The notes under the pieces were generated by a model. The model had not been told where the DNA came from and made no database searches. It saw nothing but the letters and a program-made list of their open reading frames with translations. 64,000 nucleotides of DNA, taken from NCBI RefSeq assembly GCF_009914755.1, contig NC_060940.1. One strand, written 5' to 3'. Positions 16,555 through 32,813 of the stretch are shown here, piece by piece. The translations under genes were made by a program, and so were the position numbers. The stretch comes from the human T2T-CHM13v2.0 reference genome, Homo sapiens. Numbering within the stretch: position 1 is the stretch's first letter; every line of letters begins with the position of its first letter.

Positions 16555-16980
16555 TCAAAGATACTTATACAAAAATGTTCACTGAAATACAGTTTATAAT
16601 ACTATAACACCATAATTTCTTGTCAGATAGTTGGTTAAAAGGAATTATGGTATATCTATATAATAGAATATTCCATAGTCATTCAAAATGGGGTGTTAAA
16701 TAATTTGTCATTACCCACAATAATGCTCACAATGTAAGCTTAGAAAGAAAAAGATAATCAGGGTATATAGTGGTGTATTCAGTGTGATTCCAATTCTGTG
16801 GATAAAAAAAATTATTGATAATACATATTAGAAAACTACTGTAACAGAATAAGCCAAATTATTTAGAGTATCTCTGAGATATGGCATTGTAGTTGACATT
16901 TTTATAGTTTTCTGTATTTTCCAGATTTCGTGATTTACAATGGCATAAATGTGTTGCTTTCATAATAATACTTTTTATAA
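16555..16980 (+). mobile_element. Old L1ME-like fragment
   Basis: acaaaaatgttcactg...aattatggtatatctatataatagaatattccatagtcattcaaaatg. Confidence 0.55.
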
Positions 16981-18681
16981 AGAGCTTAGTAGAGGTCAGA
17001 GTGGGTCCTTCTGCAAAATGCAGCATTTCATTCTCTGATGTTTAAGTGTATCAGGAGAACTTACTAAAATGTTCAGAGTTTTTGCTGCTCTTGGAGAAGT
17101 AATTGCTTTCAGTCAGGCCAAGAGCTTTTTGGAAATGAGAAAGCAGGAAAAAAAAAAAAAGCTCTTAAACTATGACTGATGTGCCTTTACTTCTTTTCTT
17201 GATTGTGACCTGCAACCACTAAATAGTGGCCAAAAGCAGTAGGTGTATGAGAGGAGGAAGGGAGACAGAAACCAAAATAATCACCTCTCCCCCGGTCTTC
17301 CCGTGCTTCTGACGTATAAACCTGTGGTCCTGGAAACGTATTGCCCTCATCCTGTGCTAGCTGTGTACTTCAAAACTTCGGCAAAGTGCACCACCATATT
17401 TTAACCCATGGGTGCATTTCATTTTTGGTACAACTGAATATGCATGTCCTGCCTGTCCATCAGAGTGTGGACATGATAGAGCTCAAAAATGCAGTGTGAC
17501 GTGCAATACCACTTGCTGTGAGTACTAAATTGAGGCTGTTGCCTGAGGAAGATCACCCTTTCACTGGACCATGTAAGAAATTCTTCTTGTGCACATGCAT
17601 CAAAAGGGCCAGGTCAGACCACTAAGAAGTTCTAAAGTCGAGTGGCAAAACCAAGTGTCAGTGACAGTAAGTGTCACTGTAGAGACTGTGAGATGTTGTT
17701 GTGCTGTGGTTGTGAATGGCAATGTAATCTTGCCTGCATTTTTAGTGTTATTTGAATTTTTATCAGTCAAGTATGCTACCCAAAAATTGTGTTATACAAA
17801 AGTAGGCTGTCAACAAAGAAATATCAAGAACTGCTGATGTTCAAGTGGAAGGAGATGGTTCTGCTGTGCCACGTTTAAGAGGGTTATCACCTTCCAGGCC
17901 ACCATCCCCTGGACGTAGTGCCATTTGCCAAAGAGAAGAGTTGAAGGGATTAAACATGCTCAGATTGGAAAAGAGAAGATCCACGGTGCAGGAATGTTGT
18001 GGAAATATCAACAGGGAGTAAGAAGGGATATGAGACATACAAACCTATAGTTTTGTGTGTCATGCTTCCTAAGAGCAAAATTTACAGGAAGGCTGTGGAC
18101 AGCATATTCTAAATAAGACCTTCTAACAATCAGAGGTGCCTCAAAATAGAACGGGCTGACTAGAGAGGCAATTAGTGCTCCATTTCCACCTCATTAGTTT
18201 TCATCCTGGAAATATTATAGGAGGAAGCTGAGTCAGGAAGCTCCTCTTGCACCAGGTAGGAGGTTGGAGTGGATGACTCAAGGACATTTTAGGTCCTAAG
18301 AGTCTCCAGAGCTGTGTTTTCAATGCTCGTCACGTTGCCTCTGTCTTGGCCCCCCATGTGGGATTGCCCCATGTGGGACTATGCCTGGTCCATGATCTTG
18401 CTGGAGAGACAGGTAAGGAGTTGAAGTCCTTACCATTAATATTAGCTGGTACCAGGCAGGGTGTTAAGCCCTTACTGAGGTCATCTCCTTTACTCCTTAC
18501 ACCCACCTTCAGGAGACACGGTTACCATGCACAGGGGCAAAAACAACAAAAACAAAAGTTCTGAATGCTTATGTGATTTGCCCAACGCCAGCTATCCAGT
18601 AAACGTGATCAGGGGTACTTCCGCAGATGGTCTGCCTCTAGAACATGCCACCTCATGTTCCCAGAACCTACCCAGTATAGG

Positions 18682-19129
18682 GCACTGTTCACAGTAGCAA
18701 AAACTTGGAACCCACCCAAATGCCCATCAATAATAGACTGGATAAATAAAATGTGGCACATATACACCATGGAATACCATGCAGCCATAAAAAAGGATGA
18801 GTTCATGTCCTTTGCAGGGACATGGATGAAGCTGGAAACCATCATTCTCAGCAAACTAACACAGGAACAGAAAACCAAACACCACATGTTCTCACTCATA
18901 AGTGGGTGGTGAACAATGAGAACACATGGATATAGGGAGGGGAACATCACACACCAGGGCCTGTCAAGGGGTGGCGGACTAGGGGAGGGATAGCATTAGG
19001 AGAAATACCTAATGTACATGATGGGTTGATGGGTGCAGCAAACCACCATGGCACGTGTATGCCTATGTAACAAACCTGCACATTCTGCACATGTATCCCA
19101 GAACTTAAAGTATAATAACAAAAAAAAGT
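18682..19129 (+). mobile_element. 5'-truncated L1PA (ORF2 C-terminus plus 3'UTR)
   Basis: Translates ALFTVAKTWNPPKCPS...MKLETIILSKLTQEQKTKHHMFSLISG; ends cttaaagtataataa followed by an A-tail. Confidence 0.95.
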
Positions 19130-20409
19130 AGGTGCACAGTGCATGGCACTTAGGTACGTGGCACATAAATGTCCACTGAATGAAACAAGAAACAAATGTG
19201 CAAAATTTATGAGACAGAGAGCATACCATGAAAGGAACAGGGCGTTGCATTACTAAGATGTCAAAGGAGGGGAAAATGTGAAGAAATCATCATTCGTTCA
19301 TCCATTCATTCATTCATCTCCATGTTTTTATGAACAAATTCTACATGCCTGGCTGTGTACCAGGGGCTCCAGATAAGAGGTCACTGATGACAGCAGTGGT
19401 CCTGGTGATACCAGTGTTTGAGCAAGGGGGATGGCTTGGTAAACAATATTAACAGTGAAATAATTTTACTCTTACTACACTCGCAAAGAAAGCCAGTTAA
19501 CTTTGAAAGTTTGTCATTGATAGGAAACAGCGGGACATAGAGCTTTGAAAAGGGTCCTGTCCTACAAAGAAGGCAGGTCTGAGAATGGAAAGGTGGCAAA
19601 GGTGAAATGAATAGAACTAAACATCCCAGTAGGAATTTCTATCTGGAGACCTGGCCACTGCATTCCAGTTCCCTACAAGACTGACAGTTAAAACGTACTC
19701 TGATCCAGAAGCCTCCGATGTCACCTTCCAGCTGTGATGGGTCCTGTCCCGCCCAGAACAGAACCTCAGCCGCAGGATCTGAAGTCACAGAAAGAGTCCC
19801 GATGTCTGATCTCTAAGGACTGGCAGAAACGGAGCAATGATTTGAGCGTTTGAGTCATTCATGTTCAGGGCAGGTACTTTGAAATGGAATTGTTGATCAC
19901 ATCAGAAGGTGCTGAAACCAAGGTCAGGCTCCTGTTCCTGTTGAGAGGCCTTGTTAATGAGGTGCCTCCAGCAAACATGGACACGCGTGCCAGGCAGGAA
20001 GGCAGGCTGCTGAGCTGTGAACACGATAGTCCCAAGTAAACGCCTTTGCTTTCTGCCAGGCACTGCTGCATGCTGGTGTACAAATCCCCGTGTGTAGGGT
20101 ACAGGCATTGTAGGAGATGGGTAAAGACAGGAGTAGGGGACATGAGCTTACATCTCCTAAGCCCCCACTTTGTGTTTGATTCCGTGTAAGGCTGTATGCA
20201 CACTTCTCTGTTGTACACTCATGGTAACCTGGTGAGGTAGGTAATATCATCCCAACTTTATAGCTAAGGCTATCAGTTCAGAGTAACCAGGTCAAGTTCC
20301 CTCAGGTGCTTAGCAGTAGATCCAAGGATCAGAATCCAAGTCCCACTGATGCTGCCCCTCTGCCCTTCTCTCCTGGCCACCCTATTAATTATTTTCCTTG
20401 ACTTAATAT

Positions 20410-20540
20410 TAGGATGACTATATGACCCAATTTGCCTAAGACACAGTTTATGCCTGTTGATCAAGGGGAATTAATAATAGCATCCCCTTTCATTCTCAAA
20501 AAGAGTCCCAATTTAGATAATAAATTATATGGGCACCCTA
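20410..20540 (-). mobile_element. MER94-like hAT-Blackjack MITE
   Basis: Terminal inverted repeats tagg(a)tgac...gcacccta, ~130 bp. Confidence 0.7.
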
Positions 20541-21274
20541 CACAATAGTAGTTTGAGTCGTTTGGTTTTTTGTTTTTGTTTTTGTTTTGTTTTGGTTGAA
20601 AGAGACGCATTTATCAAAACCACAACTTCAAACTGTGGGTGCAAATTGTAATTTGGCTGGAAATGAGAATCCGGCATCCCACCATGCAAATACAGTCATC
20701 CAGGAAATGTATCCAAATGCACTACATGGAAGGCAGCCAGCCTGGAAGTGACTCTAATACTCCTGCACTCCTTGATTTAGAGCCCTGTGAAGGGGACTTT
20801 GCCATCTGGTGGACTGGACGGCTCCACGGTTGCTGGAGTCCAACTCTCAAACAGTGTGTCAGTCTGTGGGCTATGGGTTGTCCTGTGGCCATGCATGGTG
20901 CCCCTCATTTGGAGAGTATTGCTGATGACAGACACAAGCCTTGCTATGGTCTCTACAAGGGTTGATTAGCAGAGTTGCCATGTGCGGTTGGACAGGCTGC
21001 ACACTGCACAGAAACACCAAACTGTGGGGCAAGCAAGAGATGGCCACACTCTAGTTGCTAGGGCTCACAGCTCTGCCCGGCAACAGATACTAGCCCGTCT
21101 TTCTAATTCACACAAAACTGTGGTAGGGTAGAGCAGGGGCAGCTATGGTTACAGATTGAACCTTTCCAACCCTGCCCTGCCACTGACAATCAGAAATCCC
21201 AGAGGGTGTGAAAAAAGCTATTTAACCTGGAATTAGTAAACCGAAGACCATAACATGGAATGATACAGTCTTTA

Positions 21275-21595
<321 letters not shown>

Positions 21596-22699
21596 GAGAG
21601 AGAGAGAGCAGGGCCCTATAATCTACCGAGCATCCACTATGCTTGGCACTGTACTAAGTATGCTAACCTGTTTGCATGTGAGTTCGCTGAGGCTCAGAGA
21701 GATGAAGTAGCTTTCCAGAGTCACACAGCCTGTCAGTGCCATAGCTAGGCTGCAAACTCCGGTTTGCCTGACTCCAAAGTCCATATTGTCGTGTTTCCCC
21801 AGTGCTGAGCGCCATCACACAGGACCCTCGGAGATTCTGCTCCTGTCCTTCTTGTACATTTGAGGGGCGTAAGCTACAGAGCCCTGAAATGGCAAGAGCA
21901 GGATCAGAACTCAGGTTTTCTGTTCCTGCGTGTTCAAGGCTCCCTTCAGAGCTAGCTTGCTTTGGGTCTTGTTCTGAAAGCGGGGATCTCCCACAGTCTC
22001 TTCCTCCAGGGCCATACTAGTGCTCCTCTCCCCCTCCCAATCTCGGGGCTGCCCGTCCTTATTGCTCAAACAACAAAACTGTGCTGGCTTGACCCTCAAA
22101 CATACCATGAGGTGAAAGTGGACTGACCTCTCTCTCTCAGCTAGAGCAGAGGAGGGGCTGTCACTGGTGTGTCATCCCGTAGGCCCGGGCTCATGGAGCC
22201 ACCTCCTAGGAGAAGCTTTGGGAAAGCAAAAGTCACCTCCCTCCCACCCTTGATCCTGAAGCTGCCTGCTGTGCTCCATGAGGACGGGGTGTCAGGAAAC
22301 CCAGCTGAGGGGGATCTGATCAGGCGTCTCAGGCACTGGCTGGCAGCTGAGTTTATGTGGGGAGTGGGAGTCATTGTTGCCAGATCACTTCACGAACATG
22401 TCCTGTCCCCACAGGCTTAGCAATAAGGCCCCTTGCATTTAAACCTCACCACTTCCAGTTGCTAGTACTTAGACTTTCTGAGCCTCAGTTTCCAATGATC
22501 CTGGCAAGATTACTCTAAGTTCCCTTGCTCTTTCCGAGCCTTTCTTCCAGATGGCAATATGATGTTGGGTGGATAGAATGAGATGTGTGTAAAGTACCCA
22601 GCATAGTGCTTGACAAAGCGTAACTTACCAGGAAGAGGTGGTTCCCCTTCCTTCTCTCCTTTTGGCCTACAGATCCACAACTGTCCTACAGCATAAGGC

Positions 22700-22915
22700 A
22701 GTGGTTAAATTGTGGAAGCTGGAGTCATACTACTTGGATTCAGATCTTCTCCCTGGTATTACTGTGTGACTTTAGGCTGTTACCTAACTTCTCTGTGCTT
22801 CGGTTCTTCCATCTGGGAAATGAGGATGAACTAGTACCTACCTCATAAAGGTTGTGATGAGGATCGAATGAGCTATTATTTACAGGGTATGTTGAGCCCT
22901 GCCAGGTACACAGTA
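22700..22915 (+). mobile_element. MIR
   Basis: gttacctaacttctctgtgcttcggttcttccatctgggaaatgaggat...acctacctcataaaggttgtgatgagg. Confidence 0.8.
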
Positions 22916-23503
22916 AACTCTGTGGAGCTGGAGTTGAATGAATCAACCTATATGCTTCACCACTTTGCCTCACTTGCTTCTTAATCCAGGACCTTTGCAA
23001 TGAGCTCAGAGCAGTCTAAGTAGAAGAAAAGGTTTAAATTGTCATCTTCCCAGTCACTTGCTGGAGCAGAGCTGTGACAGGCTAGGAAAACCCGGTGCAC
23101 CGTGGCCAAGCATCAAGAGCCTCAGAGCCTGCTAATGGGGATGGGGGCTTATTTTCTCTTCCTACTTCTCTGATCACAGAAGACTGTGTTGGTCATGCCC
23201 TGATCTACAGGATCCCACACACTAAACCCATGGACTCTGATGTCAGCCTCAACTAGGAAAAGAGGAAGTGGATTGCTACAATGCCATAATTGAGCAAATT
23301 AGAAGGATGCCTTTATAGAGCAGTGGATCTCAGCGCCGTCAGCACATTAGAATTCTCCAGGGAATGTATAATTATATACGAATAGTCAGGCCACATCCAG
23401 GTTTTAAATAAAATACCTGATTATCAGATACTGTGAGCATCATGGGGCCTTTCTCCTCTAAATCACAGGGAATGTGCCAGTGATTTACCATGATGATTTA
23501 TGT

Positions 23504-23690
23504 CAGTGATTCTCAGCTTGAGCTGCATCAGAATCCCCTAGAGGGCCTGTTCAAACTCAGGCTGCAGGGCCCCATCCTGGAAGTTTCTGATTCCATAAGT
23601 CTGGGTTGGAGCCTGGGAATCTGCATTACAGCAAGTCCCCAGGTGATGTTGAGGCTGCTGGCTCTGGCACCACACACTGAGAAGCACGGA
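23504..23690. mobile_element. MER5A (hAT-Charlie)
   Basis: cagtgattctca...gcatcagaatc...ggaatctgcatt...ccaggtgat...tgagaagcac. Confidence 0.8.
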
Positions 23691-23745
23691 TCCATACAAT
23701 GAATAAAAGAGAAAAAAATAAGACACTGTCCACCAAGTCTTCTCA

Positions 23746-24200
<455 letters not shown>

Positions 24201-24987
24201 TCACAGCGCATATCACGTGTAGGTCAACAGCTTTGCAGTGACAAACAAAGAAAAAGAAAAACTGACTGATGCTTGAAGCATTGTAGGTGAGAACATAGAA
24301 TAGTCTTTGCTGCCTTTGGTGGCAGGTCACATGGATCAGCCCACACAGTGGAGTTTGAATTTCCTCTTCTTACAACAATTGAGTCACTGAATTGTTGAGC
24401 AGACAAATGACAGCGTGATCTGAAAAAAATGTTTCTGACTCTGTGTCTAAACCTCAATGTGGGAGCTTGTATTGTTGTAAGAAAAACGTAAGTATGGCTC
24501 ATGCATCCAATGTACTTGATTTTGTGATAATTTTCAGTTATTTTTGCTCATCTAAGTACCTCTATGCGTCGATGAAGATGAAAAAATAAACTGACAATCT
24601 TTGGAAGAAGAAAATCTTACCTCACCATCTCCTCCAAGTCTCTTCTCCGAACATTCACAAGCTCATTCTGCTAATTCATTTCCATTCTTTGACTACATTA
24701 ATGATCTGTGGTTTTCATGAGCTGTTTAACAGTGAAAACAACTTTTAGAAGAGATATACAAAATTCTTTTTGTAAGATGATCTTGAAAATGGTCAAGTTA
24801 GTAACAGAAAGTTCCATTTTCATCAAACTTGGTACAGGGACTCAACCTTCATACTTTTTGGGAGATTTCTCCAAATACACTGTTTTTGGCCCAGCTAAAT
24901 AACTAGTCAATGTGATCAAGAAATCTTAGAACTGAAGAGACCACAGAGATCATTAAGTCCAAGTTCCCATTTTAAAAATGTGAAACC

Positions 24988-25322
<335 letters not shown>

Positions 25323-25679
25323 TCACACAACCCATTTGAGAAACTTGACCACAGGTGAGTCCTTTCCTTCTCCTTATCTATCTCCCCCGACATGCCCACA
25401 CACTCCACTTTAATGCATGCCCTTCATTGTCTGCATATGTCCAAAAACATAGTGCACCAATGCAGTCTTTTGCTAGTGGTTCAGTGGAATTGGTGCTCTC
25501 ATTCTCATGGTTTAGGAATATAATTGTACTTTAATGGTTTATTTATTTTATTAATGTCTGTCATCTTCATTACAATGCAAGTTCCAAGACAGGGACCATA
25601 TACATAAATAACTCGTTTATATTTCTGGCACCTCTGATAATGTTTGATCCAGTAGAGATGCTCATTAAATAGCACTGTA

Positions 25680-25965
25680 GTCACTCCTGTAATCCCAGCA
25701 CTTTGGGAAGCCAAGGCGGGCGGATCACGAGGTCAAGAAATTGAGACCATCCTGGCCAACATGGTGAAACCCCATCTCTACTAAAAATACAAAAATTAGC
25801 CGGGCATGGTGGCGGGCACCTGTAGTCCCAGCTGCTTGGGAGGCTGAGGCAGAAGAATTGCTTGAACACAGGAGGTGGAGGTTGCAGTGAGCTGATTGTG
25901 CCACTGCTCTCCAGCCTGGCAACAGAGGAAGACTCCGTCAAAACAAACAAACAAACAAACAAAAA
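25680..25965 (+). mobile_element. AluS, slightly 5'-truncated, (AAAC)n tail
   Basis: Alu consensus; CACTGTAGT TSD. Confidence 0.92.
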
Positions 25966-27479
25966 ACACTGTAGTGATAGAATGAATGACTCAATGAAGT
26001 AACAGAGAGGCTGAGATTCAAAGGATATAAGGAATAAACCGGGAGAAAAGACAGGAAAGAGGATTCCAAGCAGTGGGGATTGTATGTGCAAAGATCCTAC
26101 AGTGAAAGAGAGGGTGGCACTTAGGAAGAACTGATTGTTTTTCCTTGTGGTCAAGGTAGAGTTCTGGAATACAGTGAGAAACAAGGCTGGAGGAGTAGAC
26201 AGTATTTACATTATAGACATTTTCCTAAGCCGTCCATTCTCTGTCCTTACTTAGTTGAGTTTCTGATGCTAAATCCTGAATCTCAGTGCACTGGTAGGCT
26301 CATCTAGCCTAAATTCCCACTTAATGGGTAAAAAGAATTTCAACTGGGCCCCATCCCAATCTCAAAACTGTTATAGCTAAAAACTGCTCCTTACTCAGTA
26401 CTTAATATGTACCAGGCAGTGTAGTAAGCCTTTAAAGAGATGAATTCACTCCTCTAATCATTCGTTTACATGCTGGAATATGATCTTGCTTTAAACTGCC
26501 AGTCTGTCGATCAGGGTCATATATTTCAGGGACCTAAATCAGCTCCCTTGTTACCACAGTCCCTGGATTCCCTGCTGCCTGTGCTCTGATTAAGGAGACT
26601 CCAGCAGCTCTGCAATAAGGATTGAGTTGATTAACATCTGGTTGAAAATCTCTTCGCCCATATGAACCTGAGACAAAGCCATCCAAAGAGTAATTGATGG
26701 CAAAGACCCGCAGTTGTCTCTAAGATGGCAACTCGAGGGCTTAGCTGCACAGATGAGAAGATTAATAGCAGAGTGGCCTTGGAGTCACGGATACCTGCAT
26801 TTGACTTCCAGCTTTCTCATTCACATGCCAGGTAACCTTGGGAACTTTCCTTTTCTCTCTGAATCCCCATGTTTACGTATGAAAAGAAGACACAAATACT
26901 TACACTAAAGGTGGTTTAAGGATTTAACGAAGCACCTTAGTACAGTATCTGCCCCATGGTGGGACAAAAGAAGCCGCAGCTGCTATTAATGCTGTATTGT
27001 TAGCCAAAGGGAAGAGAAGGGCAGATGTGGTGCAGAATTCTTACGTTCAAAAGAAGGAAGGAAAATCCATTAAAAACAAGCGCATGCAAATCGTCATTTA
27101 CTGCAGTGACTGGGAGAATGGATTGTCTTGTTCATTTTATGTTCTGGTTCTGGAGGTAAACTGCAAGGTCCTTTTTATTGAAAGTTCATTCTGTCTTCCA
27201 CAAATGTTATTGAGTCCATGCTATTTGCTAGGCACGTAGGAGAAATGAGGATAAATGAGCTGCTGATCCTGCATTCACCTCGGGAGTTGGAGAAGGGAGA
27301 ATACGGATTTTCTATAAATGTGTGGGAAGGCACTTTTCTGCTTAAATACAGAATGCTAAGCATTATTTAAAATTTATTGAAAATGTTACCAGGGCCTCTC
27401 ATTGCCTAAGACAGGTGATGGAGAACAGAAAGGCCGCAAGTAGATATGTGATGAATTTGTGTTTTCCATCCATTAATCT

Positions 27480-27740
27480 TTATATAAAAGTATAGATTAT
27501 TATATATTATACATAATACTCACATAGCATACTAATCTTAATTGTGTTATTAGTAATTCTATTTCTCTATTACTTATTAAATAGATAGTATATATTATGT
27601 ATATATAATTATACATATACACATCATGGCTATATATATTAATTGTACATTATTCTAGTTATAAGTCATATATTTATCTATTATCTAATACTCACATATT
27701 ATATGTTATATAATAATATAAGTACATAAGTGATTTGGAT
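27480..27740. repeat. AT-rich/(TA)-degenerate low-complexity tract
   Basis: ~260 nt dominated by tatat/atta motifs. Confidence 0.8.
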
Positions 27741-28642
27741 TACCTATATTATCTCTCTCTTTTTTTTTTTTTAACCATGTGCATGTTTTTCTTTAAAATA
27801 GAAATAGTGAAGTTCTGCTTCAGTCAGAACCTGCATAGGTTAATTAAATCCACGCTTTACTCCAACTCTACAACACTAAAGGACATGAAGGCTGCAAAAC
27901 GACTGGGAAGGGCTGCCCCCATACACTCAACTCCTCCAGTTTCTCATGCATCCGTCCACCAAGTTTTACCAGACATTTACTATGTGCCAGGTTCTGCACT
28001 GGGCACAGGAGCAGAGGGCCGGTGGAGACACAGTCCCTGCCCCCACAGAGCTCACAGATGGGGCAGGCAGAAGCCACAGAGGCCGTGGTGGTCACGCTTC
28101 GGGAGAAAAGAACCACAAGTCAAAGGGGCACAAAAGGGGGCAACCAACTCTATCTGGGATGCTGGAAAGGATTCCTGGGGATGGAGATGACTGAGTGGGA
28201 ATAGCCCTGATTGGAAGAAGAAAGAGGAAGGGAGGGCATAATGAGAAGGGGGAAAGCATGTGGGGAAACTGGCGTTGATGCTAAAATAGCATAGTCACGC
28301 AGGATCTGATAGCAGGATAGCAGATATGCTGCTACTGCAAATGTAATAAGACCAAGAAAAATAGTAAGAGAGGACTTAGGAGTAGTGATAGCAAGTATGT
28401 ATTGAGCATTGATTGTTCTAGGCACTTTGATGCATTATATCACGTAATCTCACAGTAAACCTAGACTGTGTAGAGTATTGCTAACCAAATATTTTAGACG
28501 AGTGAACAGAGGTGCCAATACGTTGCTCAGCTGGTATGTGTGGCAGCCAGGAGTGAAGCAGATCAAGCTGTTACTCTAGTGGTGTTGGAGCAGACATCTA
28601 ACCTCTGTAAACCTCAGCTTCTTCCTCAGTAAAATAAGGTGA

Positions 28643-29385
<743 letters not shown>

Positions 29386-29769
29386 TCAGATAATAGGGGC
29401 CAGTCTAGTGTGATAAACTAGATGTGTGCATTTTATTCTGAAAGCTGTGATGGACATTGGGAAGTCCAAAATAAATAGTGACATGTTCAGTGTTGTGTTT
29501 GAGAAATGTCACTCTGACCACAGAAGGACTTTTGGAAACAGCCAGGTCAGGTGGAGGAGTGTTGTCATAGTCCAGGGTGAGAAATGTGATGATCCAGACT
29601 AAGAAGAGACAGTTATAAGAGCTGTCGAGGACAAAGAGATAACACAGTTTCTGAATATAGGGACGTGGGGTTGAGGGAGGAAGAGGAGGCCAGGATGCTG
29701 CCCAGATTCCTGGCTTTAACGCTGGGGAATGGTGCAGTCCATCCACTGAAGCAGGAAACACAGTAAGAG

Positions 29770-30190
29770 GAGTGTTAAATTGCATCCCACCCCCACCACT
29801 CCAAATTCATATGTTGAAGCCCTAACCCCCAGTACCTCACAACGTCACTTTATTTGGAGATAGGGTCTTTACAAAGGCAATCGAGTTAAATTGAGGTCAC
29901 TGGAGTGGGCCCTCATCCAATATGGCTGGTGTCCTTATGAGAAGGGGAAATTCGGACACAGAGTGTCATAGAGAGAAGACGGCGTGGAGAGACGCAGGGA
30001 GAATAGGCACATCTACAAGCCGAGGAGAAAGGCCTGGAATAGATCTTTCGCTCACATCCCTCAGAAGGAACCAACCCTGCCAACACCTTGATTTTAGACT
30101 TTGAGCCTCCAGAACTGTGAGAAAAGGAATTTCTGATGTTTAAGCCACTGGGTCAGTAGAACTTTGTTACAGCAGCACTAGGAAACTGAC
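29770..30190 (+). mobile_element. MLT1B/C-type MaLR LTR inserted into an L2 fragment (~29340-30400)
   Basis: ccaaattcatatgttgaagccctaacccccagtacctca...gaaggaaccaaccctgccaacaccttgatttt...cctccagaactgtgag...gtttaagccac. Confidence 0.88.
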
Positions 30191-31544
30191 TTAGGGAGTA
30201 ACTCATTCAGAGATGGCCACGAGTTAGGTTTTGGATCAGTTGAGTGTGATGTGTCGCTTTTGGGACAGCCAGGTGGAGACAAATGCCAAAACGATAGAGA
30301 CCCAAGTCCAGGACTCAGTGGGCAGCTTGGGACCGGAGATTAACACATGCCAATCATTTTGGACACTCTGGCATTCATAGCACAGTGCAACCAGTACAGA
30401 ATAGAAATTTGAAAAATAGTTGAATGAATAAATGAATATCCTATTTGCCTAAGGACAGAGGGCGAAGGGAATACAGGGAGACTGGAACTAATTGTAATTT
30501 CCCATCCCAGTAGTAAGAAGGTTATCTCAAGCGCTGTCCATAAGGAGCTATAACTATGACATATCTGAGGCCAGCAAATTTTAGAGAATTGCTGCATTGG
30601 TTGCTGATATTTACCCTCCCTAGAAAAGATAGTCCTCTCTTTGCTTTATAAAATCTAGAAGGCAGGAGAATTAAACAAGTATCAATGCTATTCTTAGGAC
30701 AGAAAACTATAGCCTGTCCAGAGTCTCAGGTTCATGCCCATATTCTGAAATGTTGACCTCCAAGGGAGTGTGCCAGCAACATGTCTATTTTAGGTAGGAA
30801 GTTTAAAGCCTGCTTTGCTTAAAATGTCAAAATAAGTAGACAGCATAACAATGGAAAGTGGTAATAAGTGGAAACCAGGAGACCTTACTTTGAATCCCAG
30901 ATTTGCCTCTGAAAAAGTGGGTAACCTTAACCTTTCTGAATGTCTTTTCCTTTATCTATAGAGCAGTCAGGGGAGGGGGTAATTGGATGATCTTCCAACT
31001 CTGACATTCTGTGATTCTCTCAGTGTTGCCTTTAATTGCAACGGGTGATAAGATGACATTTCCATAAATTGACCTGCCAACCTGATTTAGTCCGCCAGCA
31101 TGAAGACATGAAAATAAGATGATAGGCAGAAATTAACATCACAGATGACGCTGGTAGAATATTTTCCCTCCTTAAAATGGCAGATGGAACACCAGAAAGA
31201 GACAACACTTGGCTTTAGAATGCACCTTAGTTACCAGAAAACTGGGTTTTACTGGAAAATGCCTGAATATACATGACCACAACATTTTGTCCAATGACTT
31301 CAAGTTTGACCATACTGAAAAACGATATGGAAAAATAAACCTGCTCCTAACTGCATTTGTGATTTCCCCTGGACCACTTAATATTTAAAACTTGTGTTGA
31401 CCTCTTCTCTATATGCCTGGACATCTCGGCAATGGATATAATAAGCCCCTAAGGGGGAAAGGTAATTAGGATTTATTATCTAAGTGTCACATTTTGTGCC
31501 AGGTCTTTGACCTGTGTTGCAAAATACCTTATTTACACTTCCCT

Positions 31545-31965
31545 GTAGAAGATGCTGTCAGCCACATCCTATCTTTTCTGCACTTAACATGCCGAAGGTT
31601 GCTTAGGACTTCTGTCTGCTGTGGGAGCCCACTTGACTGGAAGAAGCCAGATAGGCACAAGAATTACTATTGCAGAAGCAGCCCTCAACAAGTATCAGAT
31701 GCAAATGTGCTGGATAAATACTCCGGCTTCCTTGCTCATGGTTGGGATAACTCAGAGGCGTATTCTACACTTGCTCACAGGGTTCCCCAGAGGGATTGAG
31801 CTCCAGTTACACATGGTAGATATGGCCTTGATAACACATCTTTTATTGGCTGCCTTCTTTTACTGTCTTAATACCTTGTTATTTCCGGAGATCATTGTCC
31901 AGGTAAAATGCCTACATCCAAATCGTTATCTTAGGTTCGGCTTCTGGGGTACCCAAACTAAGACA
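31545..31965 (+). mobile_element. LTR16-like (ERVL) LTR
   Basis: gcagccctcaac...ggataaatactccggcttcc...gggataactcagagg...gggattgagctccagtt...cttctggggtacccaaactaagaca. Confidence 0.75.
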
Positions 31966-32061
31966 TCTGCAAGAGCGCTGTGAAGTAGGTGGCATTGTAA
32001 GATATCAGTTTTTAAGTCTTGGTGCTTGGATTCGCCTGATTCCCATTGACTTTCCTCTATG

Positions 32062-32245
32062 CCAGTGATTCTTAACCACAGGACATTTTGTCCTTCCACC
32101 AAGGCGACACTTTGCAATGTCTGGATACATTTGTGGTTGTCACAACTGGGAGGATGCTACTGGCATGTAGTAGGTAGAGGCCTGGAGGGCTAAACATCTG
32201 ACAATGCATAGTACAGTCTCCTACCACAAAGACTAATCCAACCTT
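32062..32245 (+). mobile_element. MER20
   Basis: cagtgattcttaacc...gcaatgtctgga...gttgtcacaactggg...gctactggcat. Confidence 0.8.
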
Positions 32246-32254
32246 AAAAAGGCC

Positions 32255-32599
<345 letters not shown>

Positions 32600-32670
32600 C
32601 TACACCCAGCAAGACTGGCTATGATCTGGTGGCTCCTATGTGTGACATAGCTATTGTCTTTTCCTTCCAG

Positions 32671-32813
32671 GGTCAAGCTGTGGCTCAGCTGTGTTCCACT
32701 GTCCCCAACGTGACTGTCTTTGGAACAGCCTCTACTTTCAAGCATGAAGCAATCAAAGACTCTGTGACCCACCTCTTTGACAGAAATGCAGACTACGTGC
32801 AAGAAGTTAAAAG
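32671..32813 (+). CDS. VAT1L: VAT1L coding exon (probably exon 4), 143 nt, GQAVAQLCSTVPNVTVFGTASTFKHEAIKDSVTHLFDRNADYVQEVK(R)
   Basis: Acceptor ttttccttccag|GGT, donor AAG|gtaaga; Rossmann-fold segment following the nucleotide-binding motif. Confidence 0.96.

Noticed and set aside
18655-18912. ORF resembling L1 ORF2p C-terminus
   Set aside because: Fragment of a 5'-truncated L1, not a functional gene
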